64,000 nucleotides of DNA from assembly GCA_036172245.1 (NCBI GenBank), contig JAYWIR010000013.1:2728001-2792000 (forward strand). Reading direction: 5' to 3'. The translations under genes and the position numbers were made by a program. Below are positions 11,400-24,456 of the stretch, piece after piece. The notes below the pieces were generated by a model. That model was not told the origin of the DNA. It searched no databases and saw nothing but the letters and a program-made list of their open reading frames with translations. Origin of the DNA: Raillietiella orientalis (lineage: Eukaryota). The first letter of the stretch is position 1; each line of letters starts with the position of its first letter.

Positions 11400-13225
11400 A
11401 AGTCGAGGACGACCATTTCGGTTCTCTTGAGCAGTGCCAAATCATCCGGAAGCCGACCCAGAGTCCATTTTGGGGGTGGACTAATTCCAGAAAGCGCTTC
11501 CCAGCCCTCTCCCGTTCTTGATTATTCGACCGTCGAAGCAGCTCGTCGTATCAGTGAACGTACAGGAACGAGAGTGCCGTTAACAGGTTCCTCAGCATCT
11601 CGTGCCAAGCTGGGTACCTTCTGCAGCTGCGATTCCGCATCCGAGATAGAATTTCTCTTACCGGGGGGACACCGAGTCGGGAGGCACGGGGAAATCGGGA
11701 ATCCGAAAATCGGATGCGCTCTCCTGGGGCGAGGAATTGGCTCGCGCTTATTCTTCCTGGACTCCGAGATTCTCTACAAAAGAATTCAATGCGACTGCGC
11801 TGAAGATGGCACAGACGCTGGATGGGCACTCAAGGTGGCGTCGAACGTATCGTTTTTGAAGGACGGCAAGCCGCAGCTCTGCGCCCTTCAGTTGCTGCCA
11901 CGAGAGGCGGCTCTTGTCTGATTGATTGCTGGTAGCATCGTCCAGCACTGCTAGGAGGACTCCATGGTAGACCGAAGTCCTTGGAAACTCTCTGGATGAC
12001 CGAGGCATCGGTAGAACCTTCAGGAGATCACCAGCTCGCAGCTCCCCTGAAGAAAGAGTGAGAGCTGCGGAAAAATCCCTTCCCTGAATTTCTTTACGCG
12101 ATCCTGATGACCGTTAAATCTCCACTACGTCTTCTAGATGATGCGTGGCAAATCGATGATGCAGAAGAGAAACTGTTGAGATGTGCACGCAGTTCTCAAG
12201 CGCGCTTGCGAGCTCTTGGGGCACTTCAGAAACTGAGCAAAACCGCGTCACGTTCGTGGCTGGAAGCTGTGTCCATAAGCTTCTCGTCGGATAACGAGAT
12301 TTCTTCGAGGTCTTTCCTCCGACGATCTAGAAACGGATCTGGAAATGGTCATCGTTTTGCCGAGAAAAGGGTGGGCTTTGGGAGGTCACTTTGACATCAA
12401 GGATTCCTCGTCACCCACCCTGGAGCTGCACAGATCGAGCAGATCTTTAGCGAAACGCCATCAATCAGTCCTGAGGTGGTCACGCGGTCACGACACAAGC
12501 ACGGCAAGTGGCCGGAAGCCAGAAAGCTTGGAGCGCTCCTACGCTTCTTCCCATGAACGCGAATCCCATGCACGCGCCAAAGTCGTCAAAAGGCGCTCTT
12601 CTGGAATCCGCATTCCAGGCGGCGTGCGCCAAGCGCCGAAGCCGGGAATTCTCCCACCTCTGGCTTGCGTGTGGCGGTCCGACGGGAAGGCATTTCGCAA
12701 CCGGAAACAATTCCCATCTCAGTAAGCCAATGGAGTCCTTCCGGAGGAAACGGGGCCGGCGCATGTGCCATGAGTCACACTACGGCGAACTAAGAGATCG
12801 GCATTTCGGGCAGTTGGATGCGTAGGGACACGAAGAAAAAGCACCCCTTCCTGGCCTGCGAGAACCGAATCCTCTTGGGAAGATATCCACTGGCTCAGAA
12901 TTCTTCGGAAGAGCTACAGGGAAAAAAACGTGATGTGGTAACGGGACCTCGTGCAGGATGCATTCCTGAAAATGTGGGGGGCTCGAACCTTAATATGTCG
13001 ACTGACCCCAGAAATGATCTCGGCGCATGCATCCAATTCCTTCCCAAAGAACGAATCGCCGAACGAATCTTCCGTAGCGCTAGCGATAACGCTAACAGTC
13101 ATCTGAATAGGTCATCTTTGGTTGCAGAATATTTTTCTAAGCGCCATATTCTTGTCTATGATCAGAAAGCAACTCTCGATAGCTCCAGAAGGACCTACCA
13201 CTTGTTGTCGTCATGATAAATAAAT
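11400..13225 (+). pseudogene. Long coding-like stretch broken into several ORFs (possible pseudogenised terminal exon); product unknown
   Basis: Homopolymer-poor sequence with successive + ORFs (11214..11921, 12107..12394, 12345..12725, 12818..13216). The last stop is followed almost immediately by AATAAA. Strand is not certain. Confidence 0.25.
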
Positions 13226-13768
13226 GAATCAGTGGTCATGTTGGAAGGCATGTATTGGAAGATACAATAGAGAGTACGGTGATTGGAAAGAGAGATGTCT
13301 GAAGTATCGGAGGCGGAAGCTGGGAGGAATTATTTAAGCGGAAGGATGGGAACAGTTTGCCCTCTGGTTCTGAAAGCGCCTGGCCAGTTTTCTTTCATTA
13401 GTAATAACTCGAAAGAAAGAAAAAAAGTGGGTGCGAGAAAAATGGACCTTTTCTTTACAGAGCAGGTCGCTTCCTGGATAGTTGGTCCTCGCCAAACAGC
13501 CTCGGATCTGCTGCTTCCCTCTTTGTCCAGGTTCTTTCCTTTCACCTTGTATTGCGGGAGAACACGGAGAAAAGACCTTTTTCACTCCCCACTTCCCGTG
13601 TAGCGGGAGCGCAGCTCCCTATCCGGGTCGCAGTCCCACCTTCCCGTCCGCCAGAAAGGAAGGCGTCCGCGTGGGGCTCCCACGCGGACGGTGTGGGTCC
13701 TCCCAGTTGGCGTCGGGTCAGTGGGACCCCGGAATCCCAAGACGGCAAGCGGACCAGCTCTGGCTCAC

Positions 13769-13843
13769 CGAGTGCGCGGAGGGATCGCATGGAACAGAGC
13801 AGCGTTTCCCAAACTTTTCCCATGACGGAACGCTTCGCAAATC
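13769..13843 (-). CDS. Candidate internal exon of an unidentified host gene
   Basis: tttcag acceptor and GTGAGC donor; 75 nt; frame-compatible with candidate exon 18883-19066 (reads ..AN-R-FAKRSVMGKVWETLLCSMRSLRAL). Confidence 0.3.
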
Positions 13844-14679
13844 CTGAAATTTTAACGGAATGCTTTGTTTATTCTATAGGGTGGGTCGATATCAATAATA
13901 AATAGATGAAGCAAGTAAATACAAGAGTTAAAGAAAACAAACATTGCTTCTCGAATTTTTTATTACGTAAAGCAAAAACACATGAAAATAAACTCAATGG
14001 CATTTGAAATATATCGATTTCCGTAACTTTTCACGGAACACTAGTGTTCATAACAAAACATAACTAAAATTTGAATGATATAAGCATAGTTTGGGAAACG
14101 CTGGAATAAAGGGATCCTTACAGAACGGGAGGACATCTGCCGGCCATCCTCCGAACGAACAGGAGCAGACCTGCACAACCGAGCCGCCTGAGGGCGACAG
14201 TGCGTTTCACACCTGAGCGACGGCATTGCGGAAACGGGAGGAGGACCGGGAGCAGTGGCGAAAAAACACTTCCGGCGTCCGGACCACTATGAAAACGATT
14301 AATATTTCGGCGCATTTGCTCCGGAGGCAGATTGACTGCGGCGGGCCGAGAGCAGCCACGGGGGAGCAGAGCAGCAGAGCTTCCCAACGCCAGCTTTCCT
14401 GTAGGCCCTGCTTCTGGGGGATCAGGTTCCCTTCGACCGGCTTCGACTTCGAAGGAAACCCAGCCCCCGCCCCTAAATCGATTCGGACGAAGGCTGTCGA
14501 AGCTCTCCTGGGACTACGGCTGTTTCAAATTCTACCGTCAATTAAACCAACCCACCTGTTGCCAACCGCTTTTTTCCCACGACGTATTTTTTTTATGGGG
14601 GGGGGAGGACGAAAATTCACTTTTTTTTGTATACCAAAAAGCGTGTCCATGGAAACATTCCGGGTAGAATAGCAGGTAT

Positions 14680-15090
14680 CCGTTCCCAGGCACCCGTGAC
14701 TTCCAGCATTCGTGCGTTCTGTCGTTGATGGGTCTGCGATAAAAAGGAAACCATCTGTGTGAATTCACCCTGAGGCAGTCGCGTGGGAGTAGGGACATCG
14801 GTTCCCCACAGCTGACCTCAGGTGTACGGACGCGGTCGCTCTGGAAGGCGCCCGAGTGTTGCCTACAAACCCTTTTGCAGCCAAGCGATCTTCGAAACCA
14901 CAGCCAAAGCTCCAGTGCGCATTCCGACTCCAGCATCCTAGCATGTGGAGGGAGATGGACAACAAGTCTTCCAGCTTTCAGCAAGTCCTCAGCTCTTTTG
15001 GAGGCCTTCCACAGTCCACAGGCCTTCCCATAGGCCTCAAGCCCTTCGTTTCTCCCGCGTGGTGGACGAGGGTTGTCCCGGAGAGACATG
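14680..15090 (-). mobile_element. Probable decayed LINE ORF2 fragment
   Basis: LPPHARMLESECALELW resembles the LPTNFNSWQQEVVEFW block of other copies; weak. Confidence 0.35.
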
Positions 15091-15109
15091 GAGGCCGTTC
15101 ACTGTAACT

Positions 15110-15421
15110 CTTCAAGATAGGGAGTGCCCCGAGAGGGGACCACCCCATGAATCCAGAAAGGTTTCCGGAGGAAGGGGAGTCCGTTCCTCTTGAGCCTGGG
15201 GAGAGGCGGTCTCCGAAGGTAACCCCGAAGGGAACCTCCTTCCTTATTTACTCCGGAGGGGACCCGGAAAGGATCTGCTCCCTGTCTTCTCTTCCTCTGA
15301 AGAGAACCCTGAAGAGGTGCTTTCCCGAAATTTTCCAGAAGAGGCGCTCTCCGAAGGGAGCGGCACGCTTCTTTACGCACTCTGGAGAGGCATCATCAAC
15401 CAGCTCCATGGTTACGAGACG
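15110..15421 (-). mobile_element. SINE-like element, 3' part of a split copy
   Basis: Reverse complement matches 7385-7720 (e.g. CCATGGAGCTGG..GATGCCTCTCCAGAGTG..AAAGAAGCGTGCCGCTCCCTTCGG). Confidence 0.8.
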
Positions 15422-16687
15422 CTCGGGCTGCTGGTGCAATTCTGACTTCTCTCCCTGTATGGGAAATTGTGGTGTTCCCATTGGTGCGCTGAGGCTCGCC
15501 ATATCCTCCAGCGATGCGTCGGCAGTGCAGGACCTCTTTCGCTGCTGCCGCGCAACCTACGCCGTAGGCTACCCGCCCGCTGAGGCATCTGTCCTCGTTA
15601 CTGCTAGCCCATTCGTGGATCTCCTGCCGCCCCATCGATTGGAAAGCCTGGCATCAGGAAGCTCTGGAGTACTGGATAGCCACCTTGGAAGTGCGTCCAG
15701 AGCAACTGCGGACGCTGCAGGGTCTCCTATGCTATGGTCTCTGGGAGACATCCTGCAGGACTGGTCGCAATGGTCCCGGTCCCGCAATGGTCCTCTTCCC
15801 TTGCTGCAGCGCCGTCTGCCCTCAAGGCAAACAGTGACAGCAGCCAACTGGCAGGGTGGGAGTTCTCCTGCAGCCTTGCAGGAGTCGAACGAAACTCCTG
15901 AATGGCTGCCAAACGGGCGAGTCGGTGAACGCCACCACTCCTCGTTTCTTGGCAAAGGGACTCCTTCGGTGGAGTGAGTATCTCAGTGTACCCCCAGAAG
16001 AACTCGTGGTCCCTTTCCTCTGCGTGCACACCTCCGTGTTCTCGCTTCGTTGGAAGCAGGATGTCCTGCTGTTTCTGCACCTGGGCTTCCAGTGCAATCA
16101 GCGCAGACACCTGGTTTCTGGAAGATTCGCGTCCCCAATTTGTCTTAGGTGTGGGGCGATAGAATCGCTTCTGCAACTACTTTTGGACTGCAGTGACTTG
16201 CAGGAGTTGTGGGGGAGACTCGGCACAGCACTCCGTCAACGCCAAGACACTGCTATCAACCTGCTGCAGCGCTTCAGCGAAGGCGCACTGAAAAAGGGCG
16301 CTGTGATCACAACAGTCTGTTGCATCAGCGCCATCGTGACGGCCCGCCAAGTGCTCGAAGCAAGTTCACGGCGACGCCACCAGGATGGCAACAAGGCTCC
16401 TTATGAGGGCAGCTGCAAGGTGACCTCAGCTGCCGACCATCATCCAGCGTCGGTTCTAGAAAGAGTGGAAGATCATACCAAAGATCCCTGTCCCCGCCCT
16501 CCCTTCTTTTTTCATTTATTTTGGGTCCCCTCCCTGTGTTCCTTTCTTTTTTGGAACCGGCTTGCGTGCTGCCGGTGGTCATCCCGGATGCACTTTTTGT
16601 TTTGGCTTTTCTAGTCTTCTGGAGGCATACATATCCCTTCGCACTTGCGGTTTGTAATAAACGCCCCGGCGTGGACCGGCTGGAAAC
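15422..16687 (+). mobile_element. L1/Tx1-like LINE 3' fragment nested in the SINE-like element
   Basis: ORF 15856..16614 contains PICLRCGAIESLLQLLLDCSDLQELW; AATAAA at 16656 plus terminal hairpin. Confidence 0.85.
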
Positions 16688-16779
16688 CACCCATCTCTCT
16701 CGGCGTCCATTCTTGCCAAGCATTCGAACCCGGGACGCTTGGTGGTGCCACGCGCGGAGGCCTCAGCGGCCACGTGGCC
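16688..16779 (-). mobile_element. SINE-like element, tRNA-like head of the split copy
   Basis: Reverse complement GGCCACGTGGCCGCTGAGG..CCCGGGTTCGAATGC matches 7077-7165 and has a clear B-box. Confidence 0.8.
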
Positions 16780-17189
16780 CCCGACGTGGGCACGAGAGGT
16801 CAAGTTCTACGCTCCACCGCGTTCATGCAGGAAGTTGAGGTCAGCCGGACGAGAGACGAAACAAACGACCAGATGCGGAGTGCAGCTGCACAGCCAGGAT
16901 GAGTACCGGTCCGCCAGCCTGTGCGAAGCGACTGGACAAAAGAAGCTGCAACAGCAGCGGCGGCGCGTGAGCCGCACAAAAAAGCAGCCGTCAGTGCATT
17001 CGGAGAGCGCAAAGTGGGGACCCTGGACCAGACCTCCCCGAGCAACAGTGCAGCATCCCACGTAGCGAACGGAAGCAGACGCGTGTCACCAGGAAATTGG
17101 GTTCAAACGCACCGCGGGCCACAAAACTCCGTCCGCGGTACGACTCGATGTCACGACGTGAGGGCTGCATTGACGTCAGCGTGACGAAC

Positions 17190-18320
17190 GAAGAATGGCG
17201 CATGAGCAGCCCCGGGGCATACCTCTAAAATGTCCCGAGCTCATGAGTGAAAACGGAGATTGCGCGCTCTCCCATCCGCTCCTCGTCATCCGGACCGAGA
17301 AAGCGGGGCTGAGTGAAGGAAGCGCCCCCTGCAGGGAAGGGAATGGAGCGCAAGAAACATCTCTGCAAAAATGGATCGGATGGCTTTCAAGGGGGGAAGT
17401 CTCCAAGGCCCGGAATCTTCGAATTCTTCTCAAATATGCGCTTCCATGCGAGGAAGAGGAGAAGCGGCAGCAGAGGAGGGGGGGAAGGAGGCAGACAAAG
17501 GATGGCTGATGAACCAGAAATACCGAATTGTGCCGGTGCAAAGCCACCCGGGTCCGAAGAACGGTCCCTCGTGGCATTCCGTGGACGTCCACCAGAACGA
17601 GCGTGTGTTCTGCGTACACTTTTTTTCCTCCTGGTAAAGAGCAAGCAGAATGCGATCATAGAAGAGCTGCATTGGAATGGAGAATGACCTTCCCTGTCCG
17701 GGCGTTCCTCTTCCCGTCTTGGAGCCAGGATTTCGCTGTTTCCGAGAGTTCCCCGAACGTCCCAGGAAGCTGCTCGGAAGATGGTCAAGTGGGTTGCAGC
17801 AGTCCCTTTTTGTTCCACCCCGTCCGATTTTTGCGTCTCCATCTGCACTTACCATAAGCGTTCTTTCGTCAGCAACCACAACGAGGCATCCGACGGACTC
17901 CGCCTGCTGCATCAGCGGAACCCTCAGCCACCTCTCGGCCCCTTCTGCACGGAAAGCAGCTGCAGAGACTCTCCCAGAAGAGAGGAGGATGTCGAGCGGA
18001 GAATTCCTCCTGACGATCATATGCTACGAGAAGGTCCTTCGGGTGCGCTCTAGACCCGTTCAAGGACTCGCGTTTCTGGTTCACCCCACAGGCAACACTC
18101 GACAAGAGGCAGGCATATCTCCGCAGTGTCCTCCTCCGCATCGGTCGAGGCTGTGCGGCCGACAAGGAATCGCTCCTTGACGACCGGTGATCCAGGGCGA
18201 TGTCTCCAAGGAGCTGAATTTTTAGAACTCATGCCCCCCCCCCCTCTCCCATTCCTTCTCCCACAGCTGCGCCTTTATCCTGGATTCCTTCCGCACCTCA
18301 TCTTTTCTTCGGTGCCAGGA
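17190..18320 (+). mobile_element. Decayed LINE ORF2 fragment
   Basis: Post-RT-like W..WLS segment, ATTTR block and degenerate zinc-finger region; pyrimidine tract at ~18230-18310. Confidence 0.45.
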
Positions 18321-18882
18321 TTTCCGAGCACCTGAGGCGAGCCGCCCGTGCATGCTCCGGGAATCCCTCGGGCGAACTCTTCAGCGAAAGATGTGCTCCT
18401 TCCTTGAGAAGGATGAAACGCCACAGATGAATTACCCAAGCGAACGGAACTGAATGCATTGGTGGGCAGCCTCTCGTCTCAGGACCGTAATTGACTGTTC
18501 GTAAGGCTTGCATGCACGTATGATGGTGCGCACAGATACTCACGTCCCGAGTACAGGACAGGTGCACGCACGCATATGGGATCACCTGTGCACACACGTG
18601 TGTCTCTTCAGCATGTGCAGACGCGCAGGCACGCAAGTGTTCCATGCGGGTCTCATCTGACTCTGGCGACGAGGCTTCTGCGTATCCTCGGAACGGAGGG
18701 ACGTGCTTGGATCATTGGAACGGCTTCCGCAAGGTTCCCACATTTTCGAAGATGTGCGGAACTTGTTTTGAAAAGCCTTTGAATCCAGGGGTCCCGAAAT
18801 TCGGAAGCGGATTCCCTTGGCTGCATTTCGAAATGAGCAACTGCGAGCCGGAATAACTGTCCATCTGCTCAGCTGAGCTCAC

Positions 18883-19066
18883 GATTTGCGGACGGGATGG
18901 TAGACGAAGGTTCATTTCCAGACGGTGGAATTTCCTGGGCTGCGCACACGCGGAATCCGAGGAGCTTCGGGGGGGAAGCGAATCCGCGGCGTGCTCGAAG
19001 CCGTCGGGAAACCACGTCCGGAAGCATCATGGGGTCCGCCGGACTGTCGGAGCCACGGAGGATTTC
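18883..19066 (-). CDS. Candidate internal exon of an unidentified host gene
   Basis: Strong acceptor (tttttcctttccag), GTGAGC donor, open frame EILRGSDSPADPMMLPDVVSRR..STIPSAN. Confidence 0.35.
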
Positions 19067-22000
19067 CTGGAAAGGAAAAATGAACCCGAATTCCCCGAAA
19101 AAAAAGAAGAGAGAGAGAGAGAAAGAAAGAAAAGCCCATGTGCGCGCGTTTCCAACAACATCGTTGTTGAGAGTTTGCAGTCGAATCAAAGCGTCGCTAA
19201 ACGAATCACTCGAGACGGTCGCCATTGAAACAAAGAGATGATAAGAACCAAACCGCGGCGAACGCAAACCAAAAGGATTTCCGGCTGAACCTCCCCCCCC
19301 CCCCTTGACCACTCCAAGTCGCCGTTTGAGATGGAGACGACCGCCATTTCACTCTTCGGGAGGCGATTTCACACACACACACACACAGTGAGGGGAAAAA
19401 CGGAGTTCGGAGCGCACGACTTTCCGCTGGGCGCAGCGCGCGCCCGCTGCCAGGCGCGAGCGTCCCGAAGCCTAGGCGCAACAATGCGGGCGCTATTAAT
19501 AGGCGTTTCTGGGGCGACGGATGTTTGGACTGCATCTCGAGGGCAGGCCTGCAGCCGCAGCGAATGAAGAGGGGACGGGAAGGCCTCGGGGCACGAAAGC
19601 ATGACCACTTCACGGAACAGCTTCCTCCGCAGAGGGACCGTCTTCAGCTCTGGGAGACCCGAAGGCCGTCCCCTGGAGATCCGTGAAGCGAAGCCGTGGA
19701 AACGCGTCTTCGGATAGCGGTTGAGTTCGGGTCTCCACGATCACATCTTGCGCGCTCGTCATCTTCCTGTCACGCTTTTCCTGTAATTTTCCGTTTTATC
19801 ATTATTGTTATTATTGTTTCTCGTGTCAAGTGCGAAGGATGTTGCTGCGGCTCTGGGATGTGGGTGCTCTCCACGCCATCGACCTTGCAATCGAAAACGC
19901 ACGGTTTGTGGGGGGGCTCCACGTAAGGTGCTGCTCACCCGGAGCCACGTTAAGCCCGTGCCTGACCACTGTCCCCCACGGTTGCACATTGCCAGAGACG
20001 GTTTTCCCGTTCAAAACCAATCTCTCTCCCTCTCTCTCTCGACGAAAAGAACCCGGTTCTCCGGGAGACGCCATCCCTCCCAAGCCTCTCCAAGACATGC
20101 AAAGTTTCGGCGTTCCGCAACGGATGCGACCGGTCGTGCTCCCAAGCTAGCCAGGGAGGAATTCGTAGGGGAGGGTGGACCTAGTTTGCGGGTACGTCTC
20201 TCGGCGCTCCAATGCATCCGCTCGAAATATTCCGAAAAGGCAAAACCGGCGGTGACCTTTCGCCGACTGCCAGCCACGCCGAACGATCTCTCCTTCCCCA
20301 GCGGAACGTCCTCGCTGCCCATTTTCCTGTCGGAACGGCAGCAGACGACATTTCGGCACATTCCGAGACGACCGATGCATAACGGAAGCCATCTGTTGAA
20401 CGGTGCAGCCGCCCAGTGGTCTTGGATTCCGGTTCGGGGGAACTCTGCCTGCCGTTCCTGGACGTGCCTCTCGTGGCGCGATGATCTCCGAGGACCAAGG
20501 CGTTTCTCCCGTCGGGATGAATCCTACGCCGCAGATGCAAACACACGGAAAAACACACACACACACACATACGTGGGTTCTCCTTGCAAACATGCCCGCG
20601 TTGACATGGCAACGCTCATTCCTTTCCGTTGTGGGCTTTGCGTCGCGTCTCCTTCGCGCTGGCGTGCTCGAAGGGTGACGTGACAAACCGAGCACGTAAA
20701 CGGTCACGTGGTGTCAAATGGGACACCGGCTGAAACGAAAATTGCAACCACTTGGTCGTTTTTCATTACGACCACAATTATCCTTGCAAATTACTTTAAA
20801 AAGTTGTCCGCGCGTTCACAACACGAAGGTCCTTGGACTCACGGTGGCTCTTCTGCGATGGGTGCACTTTGCCCTTCCGCTCTCCGGCCGGAGGAAGGTG
20901 GGCGCACCTCGCAGCGCCCACGGAAGGCTCCTGCGGAACACCTCGGGACGTCCCATCTTCTTTCTTCGGTACGGGAAAAGAAAAAAAGAGTCGCGTTTCG
21001 CCGAGAAGGGGACAAATTTTCGCGCCGTAGCCGGCGGCGTTCCGCACGAGGTGTGGCCGTCCTGAATCCGGAAGGAGCATCAAATACTGGAAATCGCTCC
21101 CGGAATTCGGATTTCCGAGGTTGCTGGCAACGTACGAACATATCCGAGCCTCGTCTAACAGTGTACGAAAAGCTCCCAAAGGCCGTCCGCGTCACTTCCG
21201 TCTGCCGCAAATTCGGTCGTCTTGCACGCTCCCGAGTTTCCGTCATCGAAATCTTGGTCTCCAGCAGATGAAAACTCTTTCCCGATTCGTTCCTCCTCCT
21301 TCGCAGCATCCGACCGACCCTTCCCGTTCATTCTGCGTGAGAAAGTCTTGCCACGGGGCGCCGCAAGCACAGCTCTTCCCAAGTGCGGCGTAAAAGAGCG
21401 CCGTGGTGGCGTTCGGGCGCGAAACGGAACAGCACCGACGCGGGCCGTCGCGCCTGCAGGCACCCGGAAGGCATGGTAGGTGTGGAACGGCATGCTGGCA
21501 CAGCACTGACCATCTACTTCCTGTGTGTCGTATGCGACGCCAAGTCACGATTTCTTCTAGGGTTCAATTTCGCTTCCGAAGAATCGCACGCGACCTCACA
21601 TCCCGCGCCCACACCCATTTGTCAGATTGAAACCCTTGGAAAATTCCGCAGGAGCTGGCGACAGGCATTTTGTAAACATCGGATCACGTTACCATAGGCG
21701 TTGTTGGTGTCCGTGTCCCTCCCCCCCTTCTCCTTTTTTTTTTCCCCCCCCTTCTCTTGTGCACGTGATTTTCCGAATAAACGCACCCAGCGCGATTTCC
21801 AAAACCTGTTTCCCATCTGCACCGAAGAGCACCGAAGCCAACCTTCCGGATGGCTTCTCCTGCAGCTCTTCGGTGCGAGACAAAGGACGAACTTATTTCA
21901 AAGGGGGGGGGGGGGGGGGGACACCCGAAGACGAGACGGGGCGATGAGGAACGCTTCTTCCGGACGCTTCTAGCCCTCGATAAGGGGGACCAAGTTTGCT

Positions 22001-23024
22001 TCTCGGTTCTCTTTATCGAGGGTGAGTCCCTTGCCAAGTGGGGGGGGGGGGCTCCAGGCAACGAATTCTCCCTTAGCAACGACGGATGGTAGCGGACATG
22101 TGATGAGCATGCGAAGCGCAAAGCCGGCCTGGATGGATGACCTGGAAGGATTCGTCGGTGTGCCGCGTAAGTTTTGTCGAATGCGATCACCTCGAACGGC
22201 AGAGGGCGTTTTTGAGGGAGGGAGGGAGGCGGGGAGGAGCGGGGGGGAGGGGGTTGAAAACCCCCCAGTTTGGGAACTCGCACCCTTTCGAAATGGAAGC
22301 TCGTCAGAGGGGAACTCGGTTGTGAAGGAGTCACCGTGGACCGTGCGGATGGTGGGTGATCCGTGAAAGCAGCACGGCATTCTCCCGAACGTCTTTGGAG
22401 CATTGGACTATTTAATTCCCTTTGCTCTGATGGGAACAAAATTCCCGTTCCGAGATGCTCGTCTCTGTCGCGCCTTTCGGCCCTCAATCGTTCCTTAGAG
22501 TTGGATGATCTCCGCCTCTGGCGGCCAGGCAAGTACTGCTGGAATATGCGAAATACCTATGGGCGCCTTTCCGTAGCCGAGGTCATCGTTTGGGTTCATC
22601 TTAATGGGAAAACCGGTAGGAAACCTGAGCTGCACCCTCGGCCAGGAGAACACTCTGAGGTGTCCGTTTCCGCTTACTCGGTGTCTCAATCATTTGTTAC
22701 AGCAGTGGTGGTTTTTAACGATCACAGTCGCTAAGGCTGGAGAAAAGAAAAAAAAAAAAAAAAAAAAAGAATCTCACAGAGTCCGATTTAAAGAAAAAAA
22801 AAAAAATTAATGATGGCTCGGATTTTCGGGAAATGACAGATAGGAATTCGCGTATTGGATGGCCGCAGAACACGTAGATATCTCCCTAATCAGCGATGCT
22901 CCCCATTCCATTGATAAACTCTGAAGATATGAATTGCTGCACGTGAAGATTGATCTCGCCCCATGCTAACGGCCTTGCCAGCTGGAGATCTCTCCCCCAG
23001 GCGTCCCAACGATCGTTCGCTTAC

Positions 23025-23111
23025 TTGATGATCGTCTGCTAATGACGTGATTTGCATTCGCAAGTCGCGTGATCTCGCGTCCATCGATTGCATGTCTTTC
23101 TCGCTCGCCAT
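23025..23111 (-). CDS. Candidate exon with a coiled-coil-like peptide
   Basis: MASEKDMQSMDARSRDLRMQITSLADDHQ followed by a GTAAGC donor; weak acceptor. Confidence 0.3.
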
Positions 23112-24302
23112 CTACACGGTTTTTTGTGTAGCAGATGAAAACGCAGCATCCGCAAGGCGTCCCGCACGTGCTGCTGAAGAGGTAGGCGGAGAAGGAACTG
23201 CCTCCCTCCATCTTTGCGCAGGATTCCCGTTTTCCCCGAAACGGAAAGGGAGGACGAGGCCGTTCGGGAGTTTCTTTCCCGACTGAACGGAAGGGTGTGG
23301 CAGCGGCAGTTTTTCGGCAGCTCGGATACGTGTCCGAGATGACTGCCTTCCACAGCATCCTGTTTCCAAGCCGCACTCTTGCCTCGGAAGGCAGTCACGG
23401 AATCTTCCCCGTGGAGGACGCGGGAAAACGCGGAATCGGCACTCGGCTGCTGCTTTCCGGATTAAGGAATGCTGCGAGGACGCGAGCGCTGCCGGTCAGC
23501 TGGGTGGAGAGGTAGTCTTCAAGCATCTTCAGGAAATCTTCGCAGCGTGCTTTCCTGATGCGGATCTCGCGATTTCGCCAACGCTTCCCCTAGAATTCCC
23601 TCTTCCCCTCCTCCTCTGCCCCTTTCGTACGGTTTCGACGGAAACCGTGAACCACAAAGGAATCCGCTTCCTTAGTCATCTCCGCTGATGATGGAATTAC
23701 GAGAGCCAACGAGGCAGTCGTGTGCGATTCGGTGCTTCCTGTGGAAATTACGTTAATTGCGAGCCGCAGAGGGGAAGAGCCTCTCGCGAAGAGCAACGGA
23801 GAAGCACGACCGCCGCTCGGGACGTGACTGTAATGGAATTGAGAGAAGAGCCGTAGTGGTCAGGACAACCCATCCTCCTCCGCGCGCTCTTCAGGGACGT
23901 GGAGAGAGAGCCCGACGTGTGAATCGACTTGATGATCGCGGGGTCCTTTCCGCAGGCTGTGATCTGCCGCGACGACGGCGCATCCGCGAATCGCTCTCTC
24001 CCGCGACAACCGCCGAACTTGGACGGTGGCACGAGGGGGGAGAGATTTCTTTTTTTTTTCCCCTTCAAGAGGTCATCATCGTCCACCTGTTAGGTCCGCG
24101 TCCGCTTGGACCCTGCGAGCAGAACCGTCTTCGCGACGGTGTTCGGGAGCGGCGCGATGACCTTCCCGGTACTACGAAGCTGCAGTGACGTAAGCAGACG
24201 CAGCAGCGCGACAAGCGGCAGAAACGACGAGTTGACCGACAAACCCCTCCCCCCCCCCCTTTTTTTTTTTCTTTTTTCTTTCTAATTCGGCAGAAGCGCA
24301 CC

Positions 24303-24456
24303 AGGTTCAGGTTGCCCTGACCCATGAGCCCCCTCTGCCCCGTGGGTCAGAGTGCGAACTCTTCTGCCATCCGGACAGAGGCGGGATCTGCTTCCGGACG
24401 TCGTCGGTCCGTCAAAGAGCTGCTCCTCCCCTCCGAAGATTCTCGGCTCGTCCTGC
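24303..24456 (-). CDS. Candidate exon of an unidentified gene
   Basis: ccgctttcag acceptor, GTGCGC donor, one open frame QDEPRIFGGEEQLFDGP..GQPEP. Confidence 0.3.

Noticed and set aside
16688..16779. Functional tRNA gene
   Set aside because: No convincing cloverleaf or T-run terminator, and it is part of a longer dispersed repeat.
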